This document shows positions 20,156 to 29,721 of a DNA stretch of 64,000 nt, piece after piece. The stretch's first letter is position 1. The number at the start of each line of letters is the position of its first letter. The position numbers and the translations under genes were made by a program. The DNA comes from an uncultured Acidobacteriota bacterium (GTDB lineage Bacteria; Acidobacteriota; Thermoanaerobaculia; Multivoradales; SZUA-115). Below the pieces are notes generated by a model that ran no database searches, was not told where the DNA came from, and saw nothing but the letters and a program-made list of their open reading frames with translations. The stretch covers positions 608,001 through 672,000 of the forward strand of contig CAWDVR010000001.1 in assembly GCA_963805975.1 (NCBI GenBank), given 5' to 3'.

Positions 20156-20926
20156 CTAATCGGCTTCGAAGCTCATCAGCTCGACGGGCAGGTTGTCGCC
20201 GGTCACGCGGAAGATGGAGTTCTGGTTGGTGATCACCGTGCCGGCGCCGGGGACCGTGACCACCATGGTGGGCACGAAGGCGGCCGAGTTGAACGGCACG
20301 CGGATGCCGTGGAAGCCCATGCCGGGGTCGACGCCGCCCATGGTGAGGGCCACGCCGTCGCAGGTGCTGTTCAGGGCCACGCTGCCGGCGCAGGGGTCAT
20401 AGTCCGTATTGCGCAGGCCACCCACGAAGGCGCCGGAGTGCGCTACCACCGGCATGGTGAGGGGGGCCATGGCGGTGAACATGGTCACGTTGCCGGTGTC
20501 GCCGAACGCCAGGTAGGGCAGGCCGGTCAGCACCGTGCGGCGCAGCACCATGAAGGAGCCGGGGTTTTGATCCCAGATCGTCATCACCATCTGGTCACCG
20601 CCGTTGGGGGCGGTGCCGTAGTTGCCGGCGATGCGGAAGCTCGCCGAGGCGATCGAGTGCGGATCCTGGACACCGGCGTCGAACAAGTTGCCCACCGTTC
20701 CGCCATCGGTGCCGCGGCGGGCGAAGGGAACGTTGTTGTCGTAGGTCAGGGTCCCGGGCGCACCTGTCGGCGACAGTGGCGGACCGGCGGGCACGAGTTG
20801 CGCCTGGACAACGGGTACGGGGCTCGGGCCAGTGTGCTTGCGCGGCGCGGCCGTGGCTGCTGCTGCGGCGGCGAGGAGCAGCAGAGTGCTGGTTGCGACC
20901 AAACCCGAACGAGCGTCGACCTTCAT
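20156..20926 (-). CDS. Secreted hypothetical protein with a C-terminal LPVELMSF motif
   Basis: GGAGG/AAGGA RBS, Ala-rich signal peptide, Gly/Thr/Asn-rich body with one Cys pair, ends GDNLPVELMSFEAD*. Confidence 0.8.
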   Translation of the reverse strand: MKVDARSGLVATSTLLLLAAAAAATAAPRKHTGPSPVPVVQAQLVPAGPPLSPTGAPGTLTYDNNVPFARRGTDGGTVGNLFDAGVQDPHSIASASFRIAGNYGTAPNGGDQMVMTIWDQNPGSFMVLRRTVLTGLPYLAFGDTGNVTMFTAMAPLTMPVVAHSGAFVGGLRNTDYDPCAGSVALNSTCDGVALTMGGVDPGMGFHGIRVPFNSAAFVPTMVVTVPGAGTVITNQNSIFRVTGDNLPVELMSFEAD

Positions 20927-21097
20927 TCCTTCACCTCCGGCGGCGGGAACTGGATTGAGGCCCTGATGCTACTCGGCTGCCGGCTGCCGCGTCAAGATCA
21001 GTAGGGCGTTATTTTTCAGTTCGAGCATGTTCCGGCGTCCCCTGCGCAAGCGCTTACAGTCGCCGGGCCGGTCGCCAGGTAGACTCGGCGCCCGACG

Positions 21098-21949
21098 ATG
21101 ACCGAGCCCGTTCACGCGGCGATCAGGACGGCCGACGGCCATGGCCTCGCCGCGCGCTTCTTCGCGCCTTCGGGGCCGCCTCGCGGAGCGGTCCTCGTGG
21201 TACCGGCGATGGGCGTGACCCAGAGGTACTACGCGGCCTTCGCCTCCTGGCTGGCGGAGCAGGGCTTTCTGGCCTCGACCTTCGACTATCGCGGCGTGGG
21301 CCTGTCGCGCGCCGAAAAACTGCGAGGGTTTGCCGCCGACATCTTCGACTGGGCGCGGCTCGACTGCCCGGCGATGATCGACGCCCTGTCCGCCCGCGCT
21401 CCCGGCGTGCCGCTCTACTGGGTCGGCCACAGCCTGGGAGGTCAGATCTTCCCCTTCGTGCCCAACCATGATCGGGCGGTGAAGCTGGTGACCGTCGCCA
21501 CCGGCAGCGGCTATTGGCGCGAGAACGCGCCGCGCCTGCGCCGCACGGCCTGGTGGCTGTGGTACGTCGTCGTCCCGGTCTCGCTGCGCCTCTGCGGGTA
21601 TTTCCCGGGGCGGAGGCTGCGCAAGGTGGGGGACCTGCCCCGCGGCGTGATGGAGCAGTGGCGGCGCTGGTGCCTCGATCCGGAGTACGCGGTGGGCGTC
21701 GAGCCGGGCGCCCGCGACCTCTACGCCGCGGTCCGCACCCCGATCGTCTCCCTCTCGTTCACCGACGACGAGTTCATGTCCGCCCAGAACACCGAGTCGA
21801 TCCACGGCTACTTCTCGCAAGCGCCGCGCACCATGAAACGCATCGCCCCGGCCGACGCCGGAGTCGCCCGCATCGGCCACTTCGGCTTCTTCCGGCCGGA
21901 GCCCGGGGCCTCGTTGTGGGGTTCCGTCCTGCTGCCGGAGCTGAAGTAG
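21098..21949 (+). CDS. Alpha/beta-fold hydrolase
   Basis: FDYRGVGLS, GHSLGG nucleophile elbow, FTDDE, GHFGFF. Confidence 0.9.
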   Translation: MTEPVHAAIRTADGHGLAARFFAPSGPPRGAVLVVPAMGVTQRYYAAFASWLAEQGFLASTFDYRGVGLSRAEKLRGFAADIFDWARLDCPAMIDALSARAPGVPLYWVGHSLGGQIFPFVPNHDRAVKLVTVATGSGYWRENAPRLRRTAWWLWYVVVPVSLRLCGYFPGRRLRKVGDLPRGVMEQWRRWCLDPEYAVGVEPGARDLYAAVRTPIVSLSFTDDEFMSAQNTESIHGYFSQAPRTMKRIAPADAGVARIGHFGFFRPEPGASLWGSVLLPELK

Positions 21950-21952
21950 GGC

Positions 21953-24754
21953 CTAGTCGGCGCGCAGGGTCTCGACCGGGTCCACCGCCGCGGCGCGTCG
22001 GGCCGGCCGGAAGCCCGCCAGCGTACCCACCGCCAGCACGATCCCGAGCACCGCGAGATAGGCGGCAGGATCGCGGGCGCTGACGCCGTAGAGCAGGCTG
22101 TCGAGCAGCCGGGCGGCGAACCAGGAGACGAGCGTGCCCAGCACGGCGCCGGTGGCGATCAGGCCGAGGCCGTTGCCGAGCACGTGCGCCAGCACCTGTC
22201 CGGGCCGCGCGCCGAGCGCCATGCGAATGCCGATCTCGCGCCGCCGCTGCGCCACGGCGTAGGAGATGACGCTGTACACCCCGGCCGCGGCCAGCAGGAT
22301 CGACACCGCGGTGAAGACCCACAGCAGCCAGGAGTAGGCGAGCCGGAACCACAGCGAGCGGTCCATCCTCTCGGCGAGAGTGCGCACGTCCCCCATCGGC
22401 AGCTCGGGATCGAGCTTCGCCAGCACCTGGCGCGCCGGCGCCACGAGCTGGAGAGGGTCGCGCGAGGTGCGCAGCACGAATCCCAGTGACGGGTAGCCGC
22501 GCTGGCGGTAGGGCACGTGGAGGCTGGGCCTCATCGGCCGGTCGAGGCCGTAGTGCTTGACGTCGCGGGTGATGCCGACCACCGGGATGAAGTCCTCGCC
22601 GGTCGCGCCGTAGCGCAGCCGCTTGCCGAGGGCGCCGCCTTCCGGCCAGAATTGCCGGACGAAGCTCTCGTTGACGATCGCCACCCGGGTGGCGTCGTCG
22701 TGGCCGTCCAGCTCGCTGAAGGTCCGCCCCTCGAGCAGAGTCACCCCCAGCGTCTCGAGGTATCCGGGTGTGGCCGCGACCTCGAGCACCACCGGGTTGG
22801 CCTCGCCCGGCGCCGGCGTCCAGCCGCCCTCGACCACGGCGAACCAGCCGTTGTGCTCACCCACCGGCAGCTTCGACGCCGCGCCGGCAGACTCGACGCC
22901 GGGCAGAGCCCGAAGCTCGGCGAGGAGGCGGTCGTAGAAGGCGATTCGCGCCGCCTCGTCGGCGTACCTCGACGCCGGCGGCCAGACCCGGAACGTCAGG
23001 GCTCCCTCGGGCTCGAAGCCCGGATCGCCCGCCTGCACGTTGCGCAACGACGCCACCAGCACCGAGGACGCGACCAGCAGGAGCACGGTCAGCGCCACCT
23101 CGCCGACGATCAGCGCCGCCAGCGTGTTGCGGTGGCCGCGGGACCACCCGGCGCGGCCTCCCTCCTGCAGGCACTCGCGGGCATCCACCCGCGCCGCCGA
23201 GAGCGCCGGCACCAGGCCGAAGAGGGCGACCGCCGAGCCGGTGACCGCGGCGCAGAAGAGCGCCGCCCGGAGATCGAGGGGGAAGCCGATCCAGGCGGGC
23301 AGCAGGTCGGGGACCAGGCGCAGCAGGCCCTTCAGAGCAAGGCTGCCGAGCCCCACCCCGAGCCCGGCGCCAATCGCCGCCAGGAGCAGGCACTCGATCA
23401 GGAGCTGGCGGACGATCGCGCCCCGCGCCGCGCCCATCGCGGTGCGAATGGCGATCTCCCGGGCGCGCGAGGAGGCGCGCACCATCATCAGCCCGGCGAC
23501 ATTGGCGCAGGCGATCAGCAGCAGGATGGCGACGCCGCCGAGCAGCAGGTAGGTCGCGGTGCGGTAGCTGCCCAACAGGCGTTCGCGCAGCGGCGTCACG
23601 ATGGGCGAGGTGACGACGTCCTGCCGGCCCATGGCCGCGGCGTGGTTGCGGTGGACTCGCCCGAGGTCCGCCGTCGCCTGCTCGATCGACACACCGGGCT
23701 TCAGGCGCCCGATGCCGCTCAGGTTGTAGCTGTCCCCGACCGTCGGGTCGGCCGCGAGCGGCACCCACACCTCGGCCCTCTGCGGATAGACGGCCTCGCG
23801 CGGCAGCACGCCGACCACGGTGTAGGCCTCGCCGTCGATCTTCAGGGCGCGGCCCACGACGCCGGGATCGCCCTGGAACAGCCGGTGCCAGAGGGCGTGG
23901 CCGAGCATCGCGACCCGCGGGCCGTTCGGCCGGTCCTCCTCGGGCAGGAAGCCCCGTCCGACGACGGGGCTCAGCTTCAGCACCTCGAGCATGCGATGCG
24001 TGACCTGCGCCCCTCGCACCCGCAGCGTGCCGCCGTCGTCGGCCGTCCCCCCGGCTGGAGCCCCCTCCGCTGGTGTCAAATTGACGCCGTTGGCGATCGA
24101 GAAGGCCATGGCCTCGAACGAGGTGCTGCCGGCCTCCCAGGCGAGGTAGTCCGCGTTCGAGACGCTGGTGAACTCCAGGTTCCAGCGCGGGGCGGTCTCG
24201 TCCAGGTCCACCAGGCGGTCCAGCCCGGGGAAGGGCCAGGGTCGCAGGAAAAGGCCGTTGTAGATGCTGAACACGGCCGCGGTGCCGCCGATCCCCAGCG
24301 CGAGCATGGTGATCACCATGGCGCTGAAGGCCGGTTTCAGGCGCAGGCCACGGAAAGCCGACCTGAGGTCGTGGCCGAACGAAGCGAAGCCGAGCTTGCC
24401 GAGCATCGTCGATCTCCTCGCGACAGGTCGTAGCCCGAGCACGGGCGGCCGCGGCGAACGGAAGGTGCGCAGCGCACCGAGCGCCTGCGGGAAGCCGGTG
24501 CCCTCGTCCAGCTCGGCGAGCAACTGCCGGCGGGCCTCTCCCTCGGAGCGCCCCTGCGCCAGGAGGTCGGCGAGCTGGCTCTCGAGGTGCTGGGCCAGCT
24601 CGTCCACCACCTCGGCCTCGCGGGCCGCATCGAGCCCGGCGCGCGCCACCAGCTCCCGGACCGCCGCCCTCCAATCGGAACCGGCTCTCCAGTCAGACCC
24701 CGCTTTCCAATCAGACCCCGCTTTCCAATTAGACCCCGCTTTCCAATTAGACAT
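21953..24754 (-). CDS. ADOP-type duplicated ABC permease (MacB_PCD/FtsX x2) with an N-terminal permease-prefix region
   Basis: EVVDELAQHLE prefix, LALGIGGTAAVFS, LLIACANVAGL, REIAIRTAMGA, REIGIRMALGA, PARRAAAVDP. Confidence 0.92.
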   Translation of the reverse strand: MSNWKAGSNWKAGSDWKAGSDWRAGSDWRAAVRELVARAGLDAAREAEVVDELAQHLESQLADLLAQGRSEGEARRQLLAELDEGTGFPQALGALRTFRSPRPPVLGLRPVARRSTMLGKLGFASFGHDLRSAFRGLRLKPAFSAMVITMLALGIGGTAAVFSIYNGLFLRPWPFPGLDRLVDLDETAPRWNLEFTSVSNADYLAWEAGSTSFEAMAFSIANGVNLTPAEGAPAGGTADDGGTLRVRGAQVTHRMLEVLKLSPVVGRGFLPEEDRPNGPRVAMLGHALWHRLFQGDPGVVGRALKIDGEAYTVVGVLPREAVYPQRAEVWVPLAADPTVGDSYNLSGIGRLKPGVSIEQATADLGRVHRNHAAAMGRQDVVTSPIVTPLRERLLGSYRTATYLLLGGVAILLLIACANVAGLMMVRASSRAREIAIRTAMGAARGAIVRQLLIECLLLAAIGAGLGVGLGSLALKGLLRLVPDLLPAWIGFPLDLRAALFCAAVTGSAVALFGLVPALSAARVDARECLQEGGRAGWSRGHRNTLAALIVGEVALTVLLLVASSVLVASLRNVQAGDPGFEPEGALTFRVWPPASRYADEAARIAFYDRLLAELRALPGVESAGAASKLPVGEHNGWFAVVEGGWTPAPGEANPVVLEVAATPGYLETLGVTLLEGRTFSELDGHDDATRVAIVNESFVRQFWPEGGALGKRLRYGATGEDFIPVVGITRDVKHYGLDRPMRPSLHVPYRQRGYPSLGFVLRTSRDPLQLVAPARQVLAKLDPELPMGDVRTLAERMDRSLWFRLAYSWLLWVFTAVSILLAAAGVYSVISYAVAQRRREIGIRMALGARPGQVLAHVLGNGLGLIATGAVLGTLVSWFAARLLDSLLYGVSARDPAAYLAVLGIVLAVGTLAGFRPARRAAAVDPVETLRAD
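24662..24751 (-). repeat. 18-bp tandem repeat (5 copies, degenerating) encoding S(N/D)W(K/R)AG
   Basis: Plus-strand unit agaccccgctttccaat(t/c); protein MSNWKAGSNWKAGSDWKAGSDWRAGSDWRAA. Confidence 0.9.
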
Positions 24755-25091
24755 ACTCGACCCCGGTGAGACGGCCCATCGCCTGGGCGAACTCCCGCCA
24801 CTGCTGGCGCTGGGCCATGAGCACGCGGCGGCCGGTGGCCGTGAGCTCGTAGAAGCGCCGCCGCCGCTCGCCGGCCTTCTCGACCCAGCGGCCCTCGAGC
24901 CAGCCGCGGTCCTCCAGGCGGTAGAGCAGCGGGTAGAGGGTGGTGACGTGGAAGCTCAGCGCGCCCTCCGAGCGCGACTCGATGAGACGGCTGATCTCGT
25001 AGCCGTGGCGGGCGCGCTCCTCGAGCAGCGACAGGATCAGGAACTCGGCGCTGCCCTTCTTCCACTCGCGGTCGTACTGTGGGACCTCCAT
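24747..25091 (-). CDS. PadR family transcriptional regulator
   Basis: KKGSAEFLILSLL, HGYEI, TLYPLLYRLEDRGWL, RRRRFYELTATG; overlaps the ADOP start. Confidence 0.95.
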   Translation of the reverse strand: MEVPQYDREWKKGSAEFLILSLLEERARHGYEISRLIESRSEGALSFHVTTLYPLLYRLEDRGWLEGRWVEKAGERRRRFYELTATGRRVLMAQRQQWREFAQAMGRLTGVEYV

Positions 25092-25110
25092 ATACCGGAT
25101 TCCAATATAT
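25090..25110. promoter_or_regulatory. Imperfect palindrome over the padR start; candidate PadR operator
   Basis: ATATAccGGAtTCCaaTATAT, 16 of 21 positions symmetric, AT-rich, between padR and the divergent biosynthetic operon. Confidence 0.45.
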
Positions 25111-25193
25111 AGGCGCCCGGAAAGTCAAGGGGGGAAGTGCAATACTGAGGACGGAATCGCCTGCGACCCAGCGCACCGCAAGGAGACCGCTCC

Positions 25194-26579
25194 GTGACGC
25201 GCCCCACCCATCCCGGTCCGCGCATCGCTCTCCTCAGCCCGAAAGGGCCGCTCTATCGCCACAACGGCGGCATCTTCCGCCAGACGCTGCGCTACATGCC
25301 GTTGACGCTGCCCACCCTGGCGGCCCTGGTGCCCGCGGAGCTGGGGGCCGAGATCGCCTGCTTCGACGAGGGCATCGGCGATGTGCCGCTCGACCTCGAG
25401 GCCGACCTCGTGGGCATGACGGTGATCACCGGCTCGGCCCCCCGCGCCTACGAGCTGGCCGCGCACTTCCGGAAGCGGGGCATGGCGGTGGTGCTGGGGG
25501 GGCCGCACGTGACCCTGGTGCCGGACGACGCGCAGCCGCACGCCGACGCGATCGTGGTGGGCTATGCCGAGGAGGAGTGGCCGCGGCTGCTCCGCGACTT
25601 CGCCGCCGGCGCGCTCCGGCCGCGCTACGTCCAGTCTCCCGATCTCGACCTCGCGCTCTCGCCGCTGCCTGACCGTAGTGTGCTGCCCCGCCGCAAGTAC
25701 CTGACGGCGGACGTCTTCGAAGCCACGCGCGGCTGCCGCCACGCCTGCGACTTCTGCGTGGTGCCGGCGGCCTGGGGGAGGAGGCCGCTGCAAAAGCCGG
25801 TGGAGCACGTGGTCGAGGACATCCGGCGCCGCCGGGCCCGGCGGGCCATCTTCGTGGATCTGAACCTGATCGCCGACAAGGAGTACGCGGCGCGGCTCTT
25901 CACCGCCCTGATCCCCTTGCGGGTGCAGTGGTTCGGCCTCGCCACGACGCTCCTCGCGGAAGACCTTCCGCTCCTCGACCTCGCGGCCCGCAGCGGCTGC
26001 CGGGGGCTCCTGATGGGGCTCGAATCGATCTCGCGCACGAACCTCAGGGGCTCGAAGAAGGGATTCAACGACCCCGAGCGCTTTCCCGAGGTGGTGCACC
26101 GGCTCCATGAGCGCAAGATCGCCCTCCAGGGCTGCTTCGTCTTCGGTCTCGACGAGGACAGACCCGAGGTGTTCCTCGAGACCGCCCGTTTCGCCGTCGC
26201 CGCGCGGATCGACCTGCCGCGTTTCGCCATCGTGACGCCGTTCCCCGGCACCGAGCTCTACCGGCGGCTGGACGGCGAAGGCCGGATCCTCTCCCGCGAC
26301 TGGCAGCGCTACGACGGCCAGCACGCCGTGTTCCAGCCGCTGCACATGACTCCCCGCGAGCTCGAGCTGGGCACCGAGGCCGCCTGGAAGCACGCCTACA
26401 GCGCCGCCGGCATGGTGGCGCGGCTGCGGCACACGGCGGCGCCCTGGAGCGTGGCCCTGCTCTCGAACCTGGGGTACCGCCACTACGCCCACCGCCTGCA
26501 CCGTTTCTACACCTGCGATTGGGGCCTGGCGACGGCCGGCGGATGGTTGCGGCCCGCGCTTCAGGCGAGGGCAGGATGA
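25194..26579 (+). CDS. B12-binding-domain radical SAM protein 1
   Basis: Cobalamin-binding-like N-terminus (PLTLPTLAAL, RAYELA..FR..G..VVLGGPHVT); TRGCRHACDFC; GCFVFGLD; TPFPGT. Confidence 0.92.
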   Translation: MTRPTHPGPRIALLSPKGPLYRHNGGIFRQTLRYMPLTLPTLAALVPAELGAEIACFDEGIGDVPLDLEADLVGMTVITGSAPRAYELAAHFRKRGMAVVLGGPHVTLVPDDAQPHADAIVVGYAEEEWPRLLRDFAAGALRPRYVQSPDLDLALSPLPDRSVLPRRKYLTADVFEATRGCRHACDFCVVPAAWGRRPLQKPVEHVVEDIRRRRARRAIFVDLNLIADKEYAARLFTALIPLRVQWFGLATTLLAEDLPLLDLAARSGCRGLLMGLESISRTNLRGSKKGFNDPERFPEVVHRLHERKIALQGCFVFGLDEDRPEVFLETARFAVAARIDLPRFAIVTPFPGTELYRRLDGEGRILSRDWQRYDGQHAVFQPLHMTPRELELGTEAAWKHAYSAAGMVARLRHTAAPWSVALLSNLGYRHYAHRLHRFYTCDWGLATAGGWLRPALQARAG

Positions 26580-27436
26580 GGGTCGACCGCTCGCGCTACT
26601 TCCTGAGCCCCGCGGTGACGCCGTTCGCCTACACCGCGGCCTACGCCGGATGGAACGAGGAGCGCCGGCGGCGCTCGAACCAGCTCACGGCCCTGGCCTT
26701 CAACGAGGGCATCGCGTTCTTCGAGCGGGTGTTCTCGGGCAGCTTGGAGGCGGTGAGAGACCGGCTCGCGGAGAGCGACGAGCTGGGCGCCCCCCTCGAC
26801 CTGTTTCTCGCCGACGAAGCGCGCCACGCCGCCGCCTGGGACGCGCTCAACCGCGCCGCCGAGCCCCGCTACTACGGCGGCAAGGAGATCCGGCCCCTCG
26901 TGCCGGTGTCGCCCCGGCTCGGCCGCGCGATCGTGGGCCTGGCCGGCAGGCCGCGTCTCTTTCCCGTCGTGTTCTGGGTGATGCTGGCCTTGGAGGAGCA
27001 CTCGCTCCACATGACCCGCTGCTGCCTCGGCCGTGGCCGGGAGGCCATCGACCCTGCGTTCCGAGAGGCCTATCGCGAGCACGCGCGGGACGAGGCCCGC
27101 CACGTGCAGGTGGACCTGCGCCTGATCGAGCGCTTCTACGCCCCCCTGCCGTGGCCGCTGCGGTGGATGAACGGGCTGCTGTTGCGCACCCTCCTCCATG
27201 GTGTGCTGCTGGCGCCCGGGCGCCGGGCCCGTGCCGTCCTGGCCCGGCTGGTCGAGGAACAGCCGGAGCTGGCGGTCGAACGGCCGCGGATCGAGCGCGA
27301 GCTGTCGCAGCTCGGCCGGGACCGCGGCTACCTGGCGATGATGTACTCGCCCCGAGCCACGCCGTTGTTCTGGCAGCACCTCGGCCGCTTCCCCGAGCTG
27401 CGCTCCACCCGGCGCCGGCTGGAGGCCGCGGCATGA
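26576..27436 (+). CDS. Ferritin-like diiron oxygenase (AurF-like or desaturase-like)
   Basis: ATGA overlap at 26576; four-helix carboxylate pattern NE..FFE, DEARH, LEE, HARDEARH. Confidence 0.75.
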   Translation: MRVDRSRYFLSPAVTPFAYTAAYAGWNEERRRRSNQLTALAFNEGIAFFERVFSGSLEAVRDRLAESDELGAPLDLFLADEARHAAAWDALNRAAEPRYYGGKEIRPLVPVSPRLGRAIVGLAGRPRLFPVVFWVMLALEEHSLHMTRCCLGRGREAIDPAFREAYREHARDEARHVQVDLRLIERFYAPLPWPLRWMNGLLLRTLLHGVLLAPGRRARAVLARLVEEQPELAVERPRIERELSQLGRDRGYLAMMYSPRATPLFWQHLGRFPELRSTRRRLEAAA

Positions 27437-27446
27437 GAGCCGAGAC

Positions 27447-28772
27447 ATGAGAGTCACGTTTGTGAGGCCGGCCATCGGCGGCGTCCGCTCGTTCGACGCC
27501 ATGGAGCCGCTGGCCTTCGCCCTGCTCGCGGCACGCACGCCGGGCGAGGTGGAGCTGGCGCTCTACGACGAGCGGCTGGAGCGGGTGCCGGTGGAGGAGC
27601 CCACCGACCTCGCGGCGCTCACCATCGAGACCTACACCGCCTGCCGGGCCTATCAGTTGGCCGCCGCCTTCCGCCGCCGGGGCGTGCCGGTGGTGGCCGG
27701 GGGCTACCATCCGACTTTTCTGCCGGAGGAGGCCCTGCGGCACGTGGATGCGGTGGTGGTGGGCGACGGCGAAGAGGTGTGGCCGGAGCTGCTGGCCGAC
27801 GCCCGGGCCGGCAGGCTGGCCCGGCGCTACCAGGGGCAGGGGTTTCCCTCCCTGGCCGGCCTGCGTTTCGACCGCGCGATCTTCGCCGGCAAGCGCTACC
27901 AGCCGGTGGCGCCGGTGCAGTACGGCCGGGGCTGCCGCTACGCCTGCGACTTCTGCTCGATCCACGCCTTCTACGGCGCGAGCGTCCGCCAGCGCCCGGT
28001 GGGCGAGGTGGTGGACGAGATTCGCGCCACCGGCCGGCGCTTCGTGCTGCTGGTGGACGACAACCTGTTCGTCGACGCCGAGAAGGCCCGCGAGCTGTTC
28101 TCGGCCCTCGCGCCGCTCGGCATCTCGTGGGGCTGCCAGGTGTCGATCGACGTCGCCCGCGACCCGGAGCTGCTCGCCGCCATGGCCAGGAGCGGCTGCA
28201 TCGCGGCGCTCATCGGCTTCGAATCGCTCGCCGACGGCAACCTGCGACAGATGAAGAAACGCTGGAACCTGGCCCTCGGCGACTACCCGTCGGTGGTGGC
28301 CCGCTTCGCCGAGCACGGGATCATGATCTACGGCTCGTTCATCTTCGGCTACGACGAGGACGACCGGACCGTCTTCGACCGCACGGTGGAGTTCGCCCTC
28401 GACAGCCGGCTGTTTCTCGCCAACTTCAATCCGCTGGCGCCCACCCCCGCCACCCGGCTCTACGCCCGGCTCGAGGCCGAGGGGCGGCTGCTCTCTCCCA
28501 CCTGGTGGCTGGACCCCGACTATCGCTACGGCGACATCGTCTTCCAGCCGGCGAGGATGTCGCCCGCGGACCTCGCCCGGGGCTGCGACCGTGCCCGCCG
28601 CGGCTTCTACCGCTACGGCTCGCTGTGGAGGCGGGCCTGGGAGCGGCGCAGCAACAGCCGTTCGCTCGGGCGGCTGTCGATCTTCCTGGGCGCCAACTGG
28701 ATGTCGCGCCGGGAGCTGGCGACCAAGATCGGGCGCCGGCTGGGTGGCCAGGACCTTCTGGCGGCGGCCTGA
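27447..28772 (+). CDS. B12-binding-domain radical SAM protein 2
   Basis: MEPLAFALLA, RAYQLAAAFRRRGVPVVAGGYHPT, GRGCRYACDFC, VDDN, GSFIFGYD. Confidence 0.92.
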   Translation: MRVTFVRPAIGGVRSFDAMEPLAFALLAARTPGEVELALYDERLERVPVEEPTDLAALTIETYTACRAYQLAAAFRRRGVPVVAGGYHPTFLPEEALRHVDAVVVGDGEEVWPELLADARAGRLARRYQGQGFPSLAGLRFDRAIFAGKRYQPVAPVQYGRGCRYACDFCSIHAFYGASVRQRPVGEVVDEIRATGRRFVLLVDDNLFVDAEKARELFSALAPLGISWGCQVSIDVARDPELLAAMARSGCIAALIGFESLADGNLRQMKKRWNLALGDYPSVVARFAEHGIMIYGSFIFGYDEDDRTVFDRTVEFALDSRLFLANFNPLAPTPATRLYARLEAEGRLLSPTWWLDPDYRYGDIVFQPARMSPADLARGCDRARRGFYRYGSLWRRAWERRSNSRSLGRLSIFLGANWMSRRELATKIGRRLGGQDLLAAA

Positions 28773-28773
28773 G

Positions 28774-29721
28774 ATGAAGACCACGACCACGAAGCCCGGC
28801 CCGCGTGCCGCGTACCCCGTTCCGGCCCGGCTCAACCTGGCCATCGTCGCCGTGCAGATCGCGCTCGCCCTCGGCATCTTCTGGCTCGCCGCGCGCGCCC
28901 ACGCCCCCTGGCACCTGGTGGCGCTCGCCCTCGCCTTCGCCGTGGTGGGCAATTCGATCTATTCCTCGCTGCACGAGGCCGAGCACCGCATCCTCCATCC
29001 CCGCCGGGTAGTGAACGAAGGGCTGGGCGTGGTGCTCGGGCTGTTCTTCCCGGCGCCTTTCCACCTCTTGCGGCAAGGCCATCTCGGCCACCACCTGCGC
29101 AACCGCTCGGACGACGAGGCCTTCGACTTCTACTTCGCGGGCGAGAGCCCGCTGTGGAAGCGGGTGCAGCTCTACGGCACCTTGACCGGCCTCTTCTGGC
29201 TGGTGATCGTGCTCTCGAACCTGGTGGTGCTGGTGCGGCCGCAGGCCCTCACCCGCCGGCGGTTCGAGTTCGACCGCCCGACGGCGGCGCTGGTGGACTC
29301 GTTCAACCCTGCCTGGTGGCCGTGGATCCGGCTGGAGGCGGCGGCGGTGATCGCGCTCCACACCCTCCTGCCCTGGGCCCTGGGAGTCCCGCCGCTCTCC
29401 TACCTCGCGGTGTACTTCGGATTCGGTTTCACCTGGTCGGCGATGCAGTACGTGCACCACTTCGGCACCGAGCGCGACGTGATCGAGGGCACCCGCAACC
29501 TCGCGCTCTGGGCACCGCTCGACCTCGCCTGGCTGAACCACGGCTGGCATCTGACGCACCATCGCCACCCCACGGTGCCGTGGGTGCACCTGCCGCGCCT
29601 GAGCCGGTCCGAGAACCCGCGGCGAGAGCAGATGCTCTGGCACTACCTCAAGATGTGGCGCGGCCCTCGCCGCGGCACCGAGCACGTCGAGAACCGTTAT
29701 GACGGCCGCATCATCCGCTGA
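28774..29721 (+). CDS. Membrane fatty acid desaturase family protein
   Basis: His boxes HEAEH, HLGHH, QYVHH and HLTHH..P.VPW..LP; several TM helices; ATG 1 nt after the rSAM2 stop. Confidence 0.9.
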   Translation: MKTTTTKPGPRAAYPVPARLNLAIVAVQIALALGIFWLAARAHAPWHLVALALAFAVVGNSIYSSLHEAEHRILHPRRVVNEGLGVVLGLFFPAPFHLLRQGHLGHHLRNRSDDEAFDFYFAGESPLWKRVQLYGTLTGLFWLVIVLSNLVVLVRPQALTRRRFEFDRPTAALVDSFNPAWWPWIRLEAAAVIALHTLLPWALGVPPLSYLAVYFGFGFTWSAMQYVHHFGTERDVIEGTRNLALWAPLDLAWLNHGWHLTHHRHPTVPWVHLPRLSRSENPRREQMLWHYLKMWRGPRRGTEHVENRYDGRIIR

